A DNA stretch of 63,603 nt, counting the filler, from Octopus bimaculoides (Eukaryota): NCBI RefSeq assembly GCF_001194135.2. It is 7 parts of 4 records of this genome, joined end to end, with 100 filler letters (N's around TTAATTAATTAA, not from the genome) between each part and the next. Parts side by side here need not be neighbours in the genome. Positions count along the whole stretch, not along the records: positions 1 to 10,032 come from NC_068981.1; positions 10,133 to 24,436 come from NC_068982.1; 5 more parts are not named here. One strand, 5' to 3'. The notes beneath the pieces were generated by a model. It saw only the letters and a program-made list of their open reading frames with translations. It did not search any database and was not told the DNA's origin. Numbering within the stretch: position 1 is the stretch's first letter; every line of letters starts with the position of its first letter. This document shows positions 1 to 12,104 of the stretch, piece by piece. The translations under genes and the position numbers were made by a program.

Positions 1-1070
1 ATATATATATATATATATATATAGTTTCAGATTGCCCTCAAATAATTCTCAGTTTTAGGACTTTATATTAATGGTAAAGTTTTCATTTTCAATTTTATTA
101 TTTATTGATAGATTTTTTTATCACACCTACATTTGTATATTAATTAGAAAATCGTGTCTGTGAGAATTGTATTTGTCAATGTAGTACTAGCAATTTCCAC
201 TTAACATGTATCTTTACAATGTAGTTAAAAAAATTATCAGATACATGTTACCTTACAATAGAGTAATTTAGTTCTTTCATTTGCTTCCTCGTTGAATTAA
301 TAGTTTCAATCTCCGCAACACTTGAAATTTTGTTTCTATTCCGTTTTTGTGTCCGATGTTTTTTTAATTTTTTATTCATGTCTAATTATTTAGCTTCAAT
401 TTATGTATTTTCAATTACACATAATTATCTTTTCACTATGACAATGAAAGCTTTAGCAACAAAATTGGATTAATAGGCAGGATTAAATTGATACCGGATC
501 ATCCTTTCATTCAAACTGCCGAAATGAGATCCTGAATTGAACGCAATATGAAGTTACAATGCATTTTATCAGTGAAGGAAACCTTCCATTATAATTTACT
601 AAAAAACGTATGTACTAAACACGTGCACACAAAATTCACATTCAAATACACACTGTCATTTCTGAATATATGTGAAAGTGTGACAGACAGAATATTTTGC
701 AAATAGCTTTTATGTTGATAATGTTTTCGTTGTTTTTCATTTATGACTTCTAAAATTAAGATGGAGGGAGAATATCTGTAATTAAAAACTAGATTTGAGT
801 GAAGCCATTTTTCACGATTTTGTCTTGGAACACAATACACTCTTTGTCTTAAGTTTCATTTGAAAAACAGGCGCACACACAACCAGAAACATAGTCTAAT
901 AATAAGCAAGCTTGTCCGTATGAGTGTGTGTTCATATGCATTGACGGTATGTGTGCATCTCTGCACTGGAACCTCTATGTCTACTATATTTATAATAAAT
1001 GAATGTATATTTAATTCTATTTCGGAAGCAAAGTCAGATGAATGGATTATTTTTGTAAACAGACACTTAC

Positions 1071-1102
1071 ACCAAATAATGTCATGCTCTAATTTCTTTA
1101 AA
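1071..1102 (-). CDS. Candidate small exon of an unidentified minus-strand gene
   Basis: On minus: aatgtatttcag|TTTAAAG...ATTTGGT|gtaagt (strong sites). The only open frame gives (x)LKKLEHDIIW(x), phase 2->1. Confidence 0.35.
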
Positions 1103-1877
1103 CTGAAATACATTAATGAGTAACAAATATTCCGTAATTCTTGACTTCAGGTCTATATACAACTATCTGTTTATATTTGGGCGACTACAATATTCTTTAT
1201 GTTAGCGTCTATGATTCCACTCGATGAATTACAGCCAATATATCGTTGGTTGGATATATTTTAAATGTCCGTTATAGTTTATACCAAATATACCAAAGTA
1301 CTTTAGCTTAAAACCGAAATGAGTATTCACATAAAGTGGAACATAATTTTTTTGTAAAAGCTGCAGGGCATCGTATGATTCAAAATCAATAATTTATTTT
1401 CTATGTTAATTGACAAAAATGTATGCGTCTCTGTAATTTCATTACATACCATCAGCTACGTTGAGTTATTTCTCTTCGTTTATTTTAGATTACATTAGAT
1501 AAATCACCTACAGCATAATTTCGTTTCTACACGTTTTTGTATTAGTCTTAGTCCTTTGGTAACTACAGCCGCTCTGATGTATGTATGTATGTATGTATGT
1601 ATGTATGTATGTATGTATGTATGTATTTATGTGTGTATGTATGTATGTATGTATGTATGTATGTATTAACCGAATGGAAAGTGAAGCCGTCTGTTAGTTA
1701 AATAACAAATAAATGCATGTGTAATAATGAAGTAAAATTGCAGCTGTGGCTGTGTTTATTATTGCTATAATGACCCTCCCGATATACAACAAAACCTGCT
1801 TAAACACATAAGTTCATAGCAAGAATCTTCCAGACAAAATAGAAAAATATATAAATTTAATTATATACAATTGTCGT

Positions 1878-2172
1878 AGAGGAAGGTGCATGACTGTGGT
1901 TAGTGTATTCGCCTCATGATCTAAAGGTCGTGAGATCAATATTTAGCGACAAAAATGAGTAGTACCAGTAGTTCAATTCCACTTGGCAAAAATGAGTAGT
2001 ACCTTTATTTCAAAGTACCAGCCTTGTCACCCTGTGCGTCATGCTGAATCTCCCTGAGAACTACGACAAGTTTAAATGTGTCTGCTCAGACACGTGTACG
2101 TTAATTTCACGAGCAGACTGATCCGATGATCAGATGAACTGGAACACTCGTCGTCGTACCTGTTGGAGTGCC
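1878..2172 (+). mobile_element. tRNA-derived SINE family A (CORE-SINE-like), internally rearranged copy
   Basis: Collinear with 29943-30269 and 13155-13474 (tRNA-like head, caaaaatgagtagtacc, gccttgtcac, ggagtgcc end). The CORE segment is replaced by a short duplication. Confidence 0.8.
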
Positions 2173-2590
2173 GTTTAATTGTCGTTTAAGGTGGGATTTG
2201 CACTCGCCAGCAACAACTACTCAAAAGGTGGGTTGCTGCCTGAAAGTGCAGAGGCATCAGCCGCCAGTTGTAGTAGGAAGTCACAAATGCTGAAGACAAC
2301 GATGTATTACTAAAGCGTATGCTCACATAGAACTACTACTATTACTTTTGAGTTAACTCCTATCCTCACTTCTTAATTCTTTCTTATTACTCCACCCTTT
2401 CTCTCTTTCCTATATGTCTGTATTCCTTTCCTAATAAATTTGCACTTCATATTTGAAACTCTGGTTAAGCTGTAGAGTAATACAGAAGCAACAAACTAAG
2501 AGTGCATTGTGCATTATAGCAGACGCTGACGCCAATGAAGTTTGTGGCATACTTTTTTTTATTCCCTTGTCATTTAAATTGTCTTATTAC

Positions 2591-2662
2591 TGCTGTATAT
2601 TAGCTTTCTTCGGCAGCATATGCGAATAGTGTTCCCAAACCATTATACCAATGTCGCTATAC
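2591..2662 (-). CDS. Candidate exon of an unidentified minus-strand gene
   Basis: On minus: gttatttgactttag|G TAT...CAG CA|gtaata; 72 nt, phase 2-2. The only open frame gives YSDIGIMVWEHYSHMLPKKANIQ and joins in frame to 1071-1102. Confidence 0.35.
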
Positions 2663-2879
2663 CTAAAGTCAAATAACATGATATAAAGTACGATGTAATG
2701 TAATAGAATGAACGCAGAGGCACACACAGACACACCGACACACACACGTACGCACGCACGCACACACACACACACACAGCCACACACGCACACACACACA
2801 CACATACAGCCACACACGCACACACACACACAGACNNNNNNNNNNNNNNNNNNNNNNNNNNNNNNNNNNNNNNNNNNNN

Positions 2880-2944
<65 letters not shown>

Positions 2945-3675
2945 AATATTTGTTTCGAAACTTCAATGTTTTGTTTCGTCATGTTTGATTCTTGTTATTT
3001 TACATTGTTTCATCTTATCGTTGTTTTGCAAAAAAGATGTAATGGCATACTTTTAAGATTCAGATAGGTATTAATTACATTTGTGTATATATTTAAGTCA
3101 TAAAAATAAGTCACATACTCCTAAGTTTTATGAGCAGTTAAATTTATTAAACATTAATGCACATTTTCGCGATGGATCTGAATAATTACATATTAAAATT
3201 GAATTAAATGTTGATTTTACATATACAATCATTTTGTCGAATTGCTCTACCATACAAGTAAAATACTACTCCAAGTATTTGTTTTATAATCAACTTCCTT
3301 GTGAGACCATGCTCAAAAGTAAATAAAAGCGATTAAAATTCGATTATTACGATATTGCTTTTAAATTTTAAATTTCTGCCATCATTATTATGGTATACTA
3401 AATACTGTAAACCACTATATATATGCAAAATATTTAGGAGTTTTTATTATCTAGAACATAACGAGTTACGGAATTACGAGTGCAGTTTGTATTGCACTCT
3501 AGAAACAGGAACTTATGATTGAAAGTCAAGGAGATTGAATTCGAAAGACAAAACACAAATATGTAGAAGGCATTGTAGAAAGTACTTTACAGATGAGGCT
3601 ATGCAACTTTATTTAAAATATATGTTTTTATACAAAAGCCACATATATCCAATAACTGATTCAATGTCAGTTTAC

Positions 3676-3729
3676 AGATATTTTAGTATTAACAGTTGCC
3701 CGGAAATAACATCGAGGTATGAAGCACAC
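3676..3729 (-). CDS. Weak candidate exon of the same minus-strand chain
   Basis: On minus: tttacaacgatag|G TGT...TAT CT|gtaaac; 54 nt, phase 2-2, CASYLDVISGQLLILKY. The donor is weak. Confidence 0.2.
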
Positions 3730-4069
3730 CTATCGTTGTAAAGTAAATTACATTTGATTATATAAAATGCATAACATTAATTCTAGCGCGAAAGGTAAAT
3801 GTTTTGTAACTAAAGATTTGCCCCTGATACATTGGGTACATTGCATGTTATAAAAACACGCATGCATATGTAAATCTACACATTTACATAGAGGTAAAGG
3901 GCATCAGATAATCTAAATAACAAGACTAATATAAAAAAAACTTTCCTTTCTTTTTTCCAGTAAGTAGAGATGAAAATGTATCCCTGAGTGTAGTCTATTA
4001 AATAAAAAAAAAACAGCAACCATTGTTTTAAACTACGGTTATATATAAAAAGGTTATTTTTTCTTACAG

Positions 4070-4138
4070 AATTGACTGACGGGTTCGTAGAACGTTTTAT
4101 AAATGATGATGGATATGAGAAGTTGCTGTCGAACCTAA
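4070..4138 (+). CDS. Candidate orphan exon (helical, ARM/ELMO-like pattern)
   Basis: ttattttttcttacag|AA TTG...CTA A|gtaagg; 69 nt, phase 1-1, (E)LTDGFVERFINDDGYEKLLSNL. An overlapping minus-strand exon-like reading also exists. Confidence 0.3.
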
Positions 4139-4355
4139 GTAAGGATTCATTCAGTCGATCCCTGAAAAAAATCCATCCTAGCTTTTGTTTCATTTCATCC
4201 ATTTGTCATCACTATAGTTTACTTTGCATAAGGTCCACTTGCTTTTTCTAGCAGAGTGATCGACCAAGTAAGTGGCACGATAAATGTGCAAGATATCGTT
4301 TAAGTAATTGGATTATCAGAAACTAATCATGTACATAATTGAATGATCTAAGGGG

Positions 4356-4677
4356 CAGTGGAACGTCAGTTTACGAACACCTCTCATCACGAACAAATCA
4401 GTTTTCTAACAATTTTTCAAACATATAATATCTCGCGTGATGGACAATGTCTCGAGTACCGAACACGCAAGTGGGCGACAACGGTGGGCGACAACCTGGG
4501 AGTATTCGCGAGAGAATATCAGATTCTCTCTAGCTTTCACACAGTGCACATCGGTGCTCGAATTAGCCGCGCCTTCTCTACAAATTCCTTTGGGGAAAAT
4601 AGCATCGGTTTACAAAACATTGCGTGTGATGAACGACCTCCAAGAACTAATTAAATTCATTAACCTGAGTTTCACTC
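4356..4677. mobile_element. Tigger/pogo-type MITE
   Basis: Left end cagtggaacgtcagtttacgaac versus reverse-complemented right end gagtgaaactcaggttaatgaat: degenerate TIRs. Confidence 0.6.
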
Positions 4678-4981
4678 TCTTTTGAAAATATCACTTTGAC
4701 GGAGGATAATCATATATAAAACTTACAGGCTTGGATTTTACGAAGTAACAATGCTGGAGACAAAAGCAGCTGCTACTATAAAGAGAAGAAAATGTGTGCT
4801 ACTATAAAAAAGAAAGAAGGATGAATGTATGCGTGTGCTGAGTGTTTGAATGCATATGTCCTTCAAATGTCCGAAGTAATGAGGAATATTAACCTCGTCT
4901 CGGTGTAACAATGAATATGGATCAGTAGCAGGGTGGGAATTAAATTCTAGCCTACAAATATAATAAAACTTTGAGGCAACT

Positions 4982-5162
4982 ATGTCCCATATGGCAGCCT
5001 TTGAGGCACTTCATACAACACTATAAGACTTCAGAAACAATAGGAATATCATGGATTGTGTCACCCTCGTTATGGCTAGTGATTTCAAGCAAACGCTGCC
5101 TGTTATTCCAGAGGAGCAAGGGCAGATGAGCTGAGAGCTTGCATCAAGTCCTCATATATCTG
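4982..5162 (+). mobile_element. Helitron RepHel PIF1-helicase fragment
   Basis: MSHMAAFEALHTTL*DFRNNRNIMDCVTLVMASDFKQTLPVIP/GARADELRACIKSSYI, matching Helitron helicase motif III GDFRQxLPVIPRGxRADxxxACIKSSxLW. Confidence 0.85.
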
Positions 5163-5164
5163 TC

Positions 5165-5730
5165 AACACCTCCTACACAAATTGCCAGTGATAATGAAGT
5201 GAACTGCGCCGTAACTAATCTGCACATCTTCTGATACTTAACGGATGGTCATTTGACGATTTCCCTTCACAACTGCACACATCTACGATGTTTTTATCAG
5301 TTTTGTTGGTTGCGTGTCTCCCAGAACTTTCATTAACATCGACATTTTTCGGCTATCTTGGCGACTTCTCAACAACTCGTAGACTTGTGTGCGGCTCATA
5401 CACTCCTCTCCATACAGTTTCTGCAACTTTGCGCAGGCTTCTCAGTAGGTATCGCCATAACAACTTCCTCTGTTGTGGTCAATGCAGCGATCACACGCCA
5501 GACACGTTCCTTGCAAGCACTGCTATAAACAGCAGAAGTGAGCTAGAATGTTAGACCTTAGTGCGCATGTACAGCAGAATGCTAGGTCAATCTTTGACAG
5601 GCTTCACTTTGCGTGCTTTAGATTCATTACTATGGCAACTGTCCGGATACTTATTGATCAAACCTAAGAGGAATCTCGAAGGCTCTTGGGGTTTTACTAT
5701 GATTTGGTCACTTTTTTCAACACTTCCTCA
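5165..5730 (-). mobile_element. mariner transposon 5' remnant (transposase HTH region)
   Basis: On minus: KLQKLYGEECMSRTQVYE...DVNESSGRHATNKTDKNIVDVCAVVKGNRQMTIR*VSEDVQISYGAVHFIITGNL; TIR-like tgaggaagtgttgaaaaaagt near 5710-5730. Confidence 0.85.
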
Positions 5731-5846
5731 CTTCATCTACACTCATAACACCGTGTTTTACATTGTACATTTCACTGCTGAAATTGGCTATCAAATGATC
5801 TAACAAAGATCCAACCCACCAAAATTCTTACTGTGGATTTTTTTTG

Positions 5847-6416
5847 TCAAGCTGCCACTTTCTAATTTGCTAAATTTTCGTTCGAATTGATTTCATATTT
5901 GGTGTCATGATAAAGTTTTGTGAAGCGCTCGTTGACACGAAATTCATTTTCGCCACCAATCAATAAATAAACAATTAACAGCAATTAAAGCTTTAACATT
6001 TTGGGTGATTTTAGCCAATCGTAAACCACCGACATATAGGTAGCTCTTTCCATAGTAACAAGCCAATTTTTTACCAAATTGCTTAGAATATGTCCTTTTT
6101 GTCGGTGTGGGGTGATTATGAGATATGCTAAAAATAACAGCAAAATAACCCTTAAATCCTGCATGGAAGTTTTCTTGCCTTTTTTTTTTGTATTTGCATA
6201 ATCGTATGAATTCCGGTGTGTAAAATACAAATTCGCACAAATTTTCAGAAAATTCCAAAAGATAAAAATATTATAACTGGTTTTATGACATGCTTAAAGC
6301 ATAATTCGGTCAATATTTCATTTGTTTTCAGTTCATAATACGTGCTCTCATGCAAAGTTTCCAAATCATGTTTTCTGACTGGGTAAAACTTAGCAAATTC
6401 TAAACCACTGTAACTT
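5847..6416. mobile_element. Possible old non-autonomous DNA transposon (Kolobok-like)
   Basis: Subterminal inverted match aatttgctaa(a/g)tttt at both ends and a TTAA at the right end; weak. Confidence 0.25.
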
Positions 6417-6699
6417 AAAAAAAAAAAAATTGAATGTTCACTAAACATTATTATTCACCGTCTCAACCAATTTGTTTCACTTCAAAGAGTGGTTAAGGAA
6501 AATGAATATTAAAATAGATCAAGCAATCGAATTAATTTATCATTTTACCTTTCCTGATTGCATTCTTACTGTAACAACTCCTTTTTGAGTAAATTAAACG
6601 ACTTCGTATGTTAAGCCTTGTATAAGTAAATTCATCCACTTTGTACCCGTATGTATAAATGTGCAAGTGTTATGACTAGATGTCCATGTCTTCAAATAT

Positions 6700-7550
6700 G
6701 TCACTTTGCCTTTCATCTTTCGGAGTTGAGTAAGTAAGTACCAGTTACGCACTGGGGTCGATATAATGGATTTAATCAATTTGTCTTGTTTGTCCCCTAT
6801 GTGTGCAGGTCCTTATGGGCAGTAAAGAAATAAGAAACGTTAGCACGCTGGGCGAAAAACTTAGAGGTATTTCGTCTGTCTTCACATGCTGAGTTCAAAT
6901 TCCACCGAGGTCGACTTTGCCTTTCATTCTTTCGGGGTTGAGAAATTAAGTACCAGTAGCGTACTGAGGTCGATCTAATTGACTGTCCCAAAATTTCGGG
7001 TCTTGTCCCTAGAGTAGGAAAGAATACTAGTTAATAGCCAAAGGCGGTGAGCAGGAAGAATTGCTAGCACGCCGGGCGAAATGTTTAGTGGAATTCCATC
7101 CGCCTGGACAGTCTGATTTAAAATTCCACCAGGGTTGACTTCGCCTCTTATTCTTTCAAGGTCAAAAAATAAGTAGAAGCTGAACGCTGGAGTTGACGTA
7201 ATCTACTTATCGCCTCACCCAAAATTAGTGGCCTTGCACTAAAATTTGAAAGGAATTTTAGTTTAAAGCATCGAGCAAAATGCTTAGCAGCGTTTCGTTC
7301 GTCTTTACGTTCTCATTTCAAATTCATGTCGAGGTCGACTGCGCCTTTTACCATCTCGCGTTCGATACAATTAATATTAGTCGAGTACTAGGTTCGATTT
7401 CATCGACTAGACTCAAGCTCTCTTGTCAATACAGGCCTTGTGCCAAAATTTGAAGCAAGTATTAATTTATCGCTTCAGCCGCTGAAGCGGGTGATTGGAT
7501 AGCATACCGGGTAAAATAATTAGCGGCGTTTTGTCTGGCTTTACGTTAGG
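6700..7550 (+). mobile_element. Head-to-tail cluster of about five SINE family C units
   Basis: Repeated ttagcacg.(c/t)gggcgaaa...gagttcaaattcc.ccgaggtcgactttgcctttcat...gtaccag units at ~6700-6832, 6833-7025, 7044-7255, 7264-7457 and 7485-7550. Confidence 0.85.
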
Positions 7551-8716
7551 ATTTATAATTTAGTACCTAAAAAGGAATATATTGCATCATATTTCATTGC
7601 TTTATGTTATATCGAATAACAACCTCAATTGAGTATTTTTCTTTGAAAAAAATCTAATAATGATATTATAGCTGTTGTGCACGGATAAGCTATTCGAGGC
7701 ATAAATAAAACCCTGAAATAGGACAATAATGGAATAACATAAAAATATTTTCTTGAGTAATTTTATTAGTCCGTCAACGTTCAACTTTTAATCGCTATTT
7801 ATGTTTCTGTTTGTTTTGAAAGAAAACATTCGATAATAAGCGGGTTTAACTAATAGAATACTTCATAGATATTCTATTAAAGTTTTTAGCCGTTTTTGAT
7901 ATCGTATCCAAAATATATCATTACTGTTGTTGGTGATGCCGATAATGTTTATTGTTTTTGATGTAGACGGTGTTTTGTTGTCAATGTAATTTTTTAAAAA
8001 AATATTCGCTTTATCTCGTTTATTTTTCTCATTTCTCTCGAAAATCGTTAACTAACATAGCGTAATAATAAAAGAATAAATATGTAATATTGTCAAATAA
8101 ACTCAATTTTAAAAATTGTAAATAAATAATGTTAAGATTGTGTTCCTAAGTACGTTTATTCTTAAATCGCATAATAAAACGAAAATGAATTGTTTTCCTA
8201 ATGTTTTCTCTAACAACATATATCTTATCGTTGTAAATACTGTGCAATTCGGCGTGAATATGGCACATTATGTATTTTCCTCTTGAAAATAGATAGAATG
8301 ATTGAATATTTCTATTTCCAGCTATATCCGCGTTCGTTGTTTCAAATTTCGGGTTTTCAGCATTTCAAGTAACTTGAATTCGGCCTCCAAACTGATGTAT
8401 TACGCCTACACATGATAAGCGTTCTTAAAACATTATTTTACAAAGAACACGTTCAGGTCTCAGGACATATTTACCTCGGGACTACAGACGTTGACATATC
8501 ATATAGCCCTATATAGCCCTTATTTATTACGGTTACCAAGTGGAAAATAGCTGCCTTCACCGAAACGGTGATATTGTGAATACGTCAATTAGTCTACAAT
8601 TCAACGCTGCAAGTGTATTAGTTCATTGGAGTTCAGAAGCCATTTCTGGGTAACGAAGGGTTTGTGAGGGGCTGACTTTCTGAAACTGGCACATACATAC
8701 ATATAAATATACATAT

Positions 8717-8810
<94 letters not shown>

Positions 8811-9999
8811 GAGACGAACGCTCGAGATGTTAATCCATTTATATCATTGTTCTCTTGGATTTCTCCTATTAATTGTAAACTCTCTCTCTCTATCTATATG
8901 TATATACATACATACATACATACACATATACATCAACATAAATATATATGTATACACACACACATATATATATATGTTTATATATACATGTGTGTGCGTG
9001 TGTGTACATACATACACACAACTGTCACTCTGAAATCGATATGCTATTATGTCATACTAATTCATATAGGTTAAAATTTTAGGCAAGCATTTGTAGAAAA
9101 CCTCGCTGAAATGGATTAAGGAGAAATTCAGTCAGTGATAGCTAAACGGAGGAGGATTTACGTCATTTAATGGCCCGGAGAAGATAACCTGCCAAGTGGT
9201 TTTGGTAGGATTTAAACAGTTTTTGGTCTGATTTAAATGGATAAAACAGTCAGTTGGGAGAAGTTTTCTCAAGGTTTGCGTTAAAATCTGTCATTCTGTT
9301 CAAAACTAAAAATATATAATACCAAATACGTACATCCGTTGGGTTATAATGTAAATCATATAACGTTAGAAATAACCATTTACGTACTAGACTTCGTAGG
9401 TAGCACACAACCAGAAACAAAAACAAAAAAAATAAAAATAAAAACGTCCGTACACACATTTGAAATTCCACGTCAATAAACAACTGTCACAAATATACAA
9501 TTAAAATATACAATACAACCAAGAAAGTTATATCCGTAGAGAAATAATCGGAAAAATATCAACTATAAACACATCCAATCATATATTAAATGAAGTTTCT
9601 CCCTCGTATTATTTTCCAAAACATCACTAACATTAAAACTACTTCTAGCTACTAATATAGATCATCTTATTGGTGCGATTACTTCTCATGGTTGTGCTAG
9701 TACGTGGTAGCTGTGATGTCAATGTATTGAATTTTAGAGTATGCAACAAAATGATATCAGGCATGACGCAGATGTGTATATCGTTAATATAAATGTCATA
9801 TAACTTGCATACGATATCATATAGGATGATATATCATACTCATGTATGTATGTATGAAATCCTTATAACACAAGTATACTGCAAATAAGTTACAATACGT
9901 ACACAGATATATGTATATATATATACACACAGACGCACACTCACACTCTCTTTCTCGCACATACCCACGCATTTATGTATTTGTAAAAGTATGTATGTA

Positions 10000-10032
<33 letters not shown>

Positions 10033-10132
10033 NNNNNNNNNNNNNNNNNNNNNNNNNNNNNNNNNNNNNNNNNNNNTTAATTAATTAANNNNNNNNNNNN
10101 NNNNNNNNNNNNNNNNNNNNNNNNNNNNNNNN
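10033..10132. other. Unsized scaffold gap with artificial TTAATTAATTAA linker (44 N + 12 + 44 N)
   Basis: An identical 100-bp pattern occurs at 24437-24536, 32809-32908, 45006-45105, 55476-55575 and 61437-61536. The palindromic linker has TAA in all six frames. Confidence 0.95.
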
Positions 10133-10497
10133 TCTTTCTGTCTCTCTCTTTCTGTCTCTCTCTTTCTCTCTTTCTCTCTCTGTGAAAGTATCTGTCATTA
10201 CAGTATCGAAATGTGATTGTTTCAGTTAGTGGAATAGTTTCATTTTTAAAGTGAAAGTATTTGACTTCAGTGTTTTTGTTTCACTTTTGACACGTAATAC
10301 TTAAATAGTGGAAGAGATATTATGTTGCCGTGGGCTCGAACTCTGCAAGAAGTTAAAAAATTTTTTGACTAAAACACAACTGGAACCCTAAGTAAGGCAT
10401 GTGTAAAATTTGAATGAAATTGGTTGCGTAGTTCTCGAGTTTTAGGGATTCACACAGACAGACAGACACACATTCTCATTTTTATATATATAGAAGA
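10133..10497 (-). mobile_element. Non-autonomous Helitron 5' end
   Basis: On minus: A^TCttctatatatataaaaatgagaatgtgtgtctgtctgtctgtg...aaccaatttcattcaaattttacac. This is the typical Helitron 5'-TC start, TATA run, (CTGT)n and AACC.ATTT...AAATTT motif. CpGs are retained. Confidence 0.65.
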
Positions 10498-10752
10498 TTA
10501 AGTTTATGGTTGGGTGTGATGTATTTTGTAGTCCATTTAATTAGTGTTTCAATTTTACATTTGTCTGTTCATTAATTTTCATGTATTTGATTCAGGTAAT
10601 AGATTTTATGTGCGATTTGTGTTGAAGAAACAAATACGATAGGTACCATCTCCATATTAGATGTAGAAAATTCGTTTCCTAATGTCCTGGTGGCAGAACA
10701 AGTAGAAATCATAAACAGAGAATGTATACAAATGTTTTGTGATCTTTGTAAT

Positions 10753-10913
10753 GGTGCAGGCATGACTGTGTGGAAAGAAGTTTGCTTCCCAGTCAGATGG
10801 TTCTGGGTTCAGTCCCATTGTGTGGCACCTTGAATAAGTGTCTTCTACTATAGCCACTGACTGACCAAAGCTTTGTGAGTGAATTTGGTAAACAGAAACT
10901 GAAAGAAGCCTGA

Positions 10914-10959
<46 letters not shown>

Positions 10960-11152
10960 TGCTTGTTCCTCACCACTGCTTGACAACTGGTGTTGGTGCT
11001 TTTACTTCCCCATGACTTAGCAGTTTGGTAAAAGAGACCGATAGAATATGTACCTGGCTTCAAAAGAAAATAAGTACTGGGGTAGATAAGTTTGATTAAA
11101 AAGTTTTGAAGGCAGTGCTCCAGCATGGCAGCAGTTTAATGACTGGAACAAG
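10753..11152 (+). mobile_element. tRNA-derived SINE family B (internal microsatellite), CpG-decayed copy
   Basis: Collinear with 33570-33912 and 44670-45005: gggttcagtccca B-box, caccttg..aagtgtcttctactatag, internal (GT)n, cagcatggcagcag...gactggaacaag tail. Confidence 0.85.
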
Positions 11153-11726
11153 AAAAAAAAAAAAAGGCTTGTTTCAATGTTACTTGTTCCCAGTTTTCCA
11201 TGTAAGCATGTCCAAGCTGTTTCTTGTTTGATGAAGTGTGAAATTATTATCTTAATTGTAAACAAAGGGACATCTGCATCAGGAAGGGCTTTCAATTGTA
11301 GAAAACTCTTCCCCAATATACTCTCAGATAACCCACGCAAGCATGGAAAAGTAGAGATTAAAACAATAATAATGATGATGATGAATATACAGATGTACTT
11401 TGGGAGTGTCTTACTGTCAATAAAACACAGGCATTCATTGTATTTGACTTCTGTTTCATTATGAATTAATCAAGTGATTAGTTAATTAATTACTCCATTA
11501 ATCAATTAACTGATTAGTTGGCTTGTCAAAGTCCTTTCATTACATTTAGTGATCTTATTAATGATGATGTTTCATATATGCACTACCCTTATCCTTGTAG
11601 TCACTCTATGCTGTGCAGTAGTTTTTTTTGAAGTCTAATGATAAATATATTTGAAATAATCTTGCTTTATATATGTAATAATAAACTCTGCGTGTGTGTG
11701 TGTGTGTGTGCGCGCGCGTGTATGCA

Positions 11727-11773
<47 letters not shown>

Positions 11774-11790
11774 GTGTGTGTGTGTAAGAT

Positions 11791-11956
11791 AGGTGCAGGC
11801 ATGGCTATGTGATATGAAATTTGCTTCTTAACTGCATGGTTGCATGTTCAATTGCCCTGAGTGGCACCTTCAGCACGTGTCTTCTGCTATAGCTGCAGGC
11901 TGGCAAAAGCTTTGTGAGTGGATTTGTTAAATTTTAGGAGACTGAAAGAAGACCAT

Positions 11957-11957
<1 letters not shown>
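11791..11957 (+). mobile_element. SINE B 5' half
   Basis: aggtgcaggcatggctatgtg...gactgaaagaagacc followed by (AT)n. Confidence 0.7.
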
Positions 11958-12011
<54 letters not shown>

Positions 12012-12104
12012 GCGTGCATGCATAGTTGTGTACGTGTGTGTGTGTGTATGCGTTTGTATTTGGCTTCTAAACTAGTGCTAACATTATGCAGGCAGTGTCC
12101 TACA

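Noticed and set aside
1151-1264. Plus-strand terminal exon VYIQLSVYIWATTIFFMLASMIPLDELQPIYRWLDIF*
   Set aside because: It has only an acceptor and no linked upstream exon or homology, and it conflicts with the minus-strand chain.
875-9419. Shared 16-mer cacacaaccagaaaca at 875 and 9404
   Set aside because: Low-complexity A/C-rich word; chance is plausible.
10077-10088. TTAATTAATTAA repeated six times in the window (also 24481, 32853, 45050, 55520, 61481)
   Set aside because: Always centred in 44 N + 44 N. It is an assembler's six-frame-stop spacer for unsized gaps, not biology.
10575-10690. Minus-strand terminal exon after a strong acceptor (ctgccaccag|)
   Set aside because: It is not phase-compatible with the 15157-15260 candidate and encodes no recognisable peptide.
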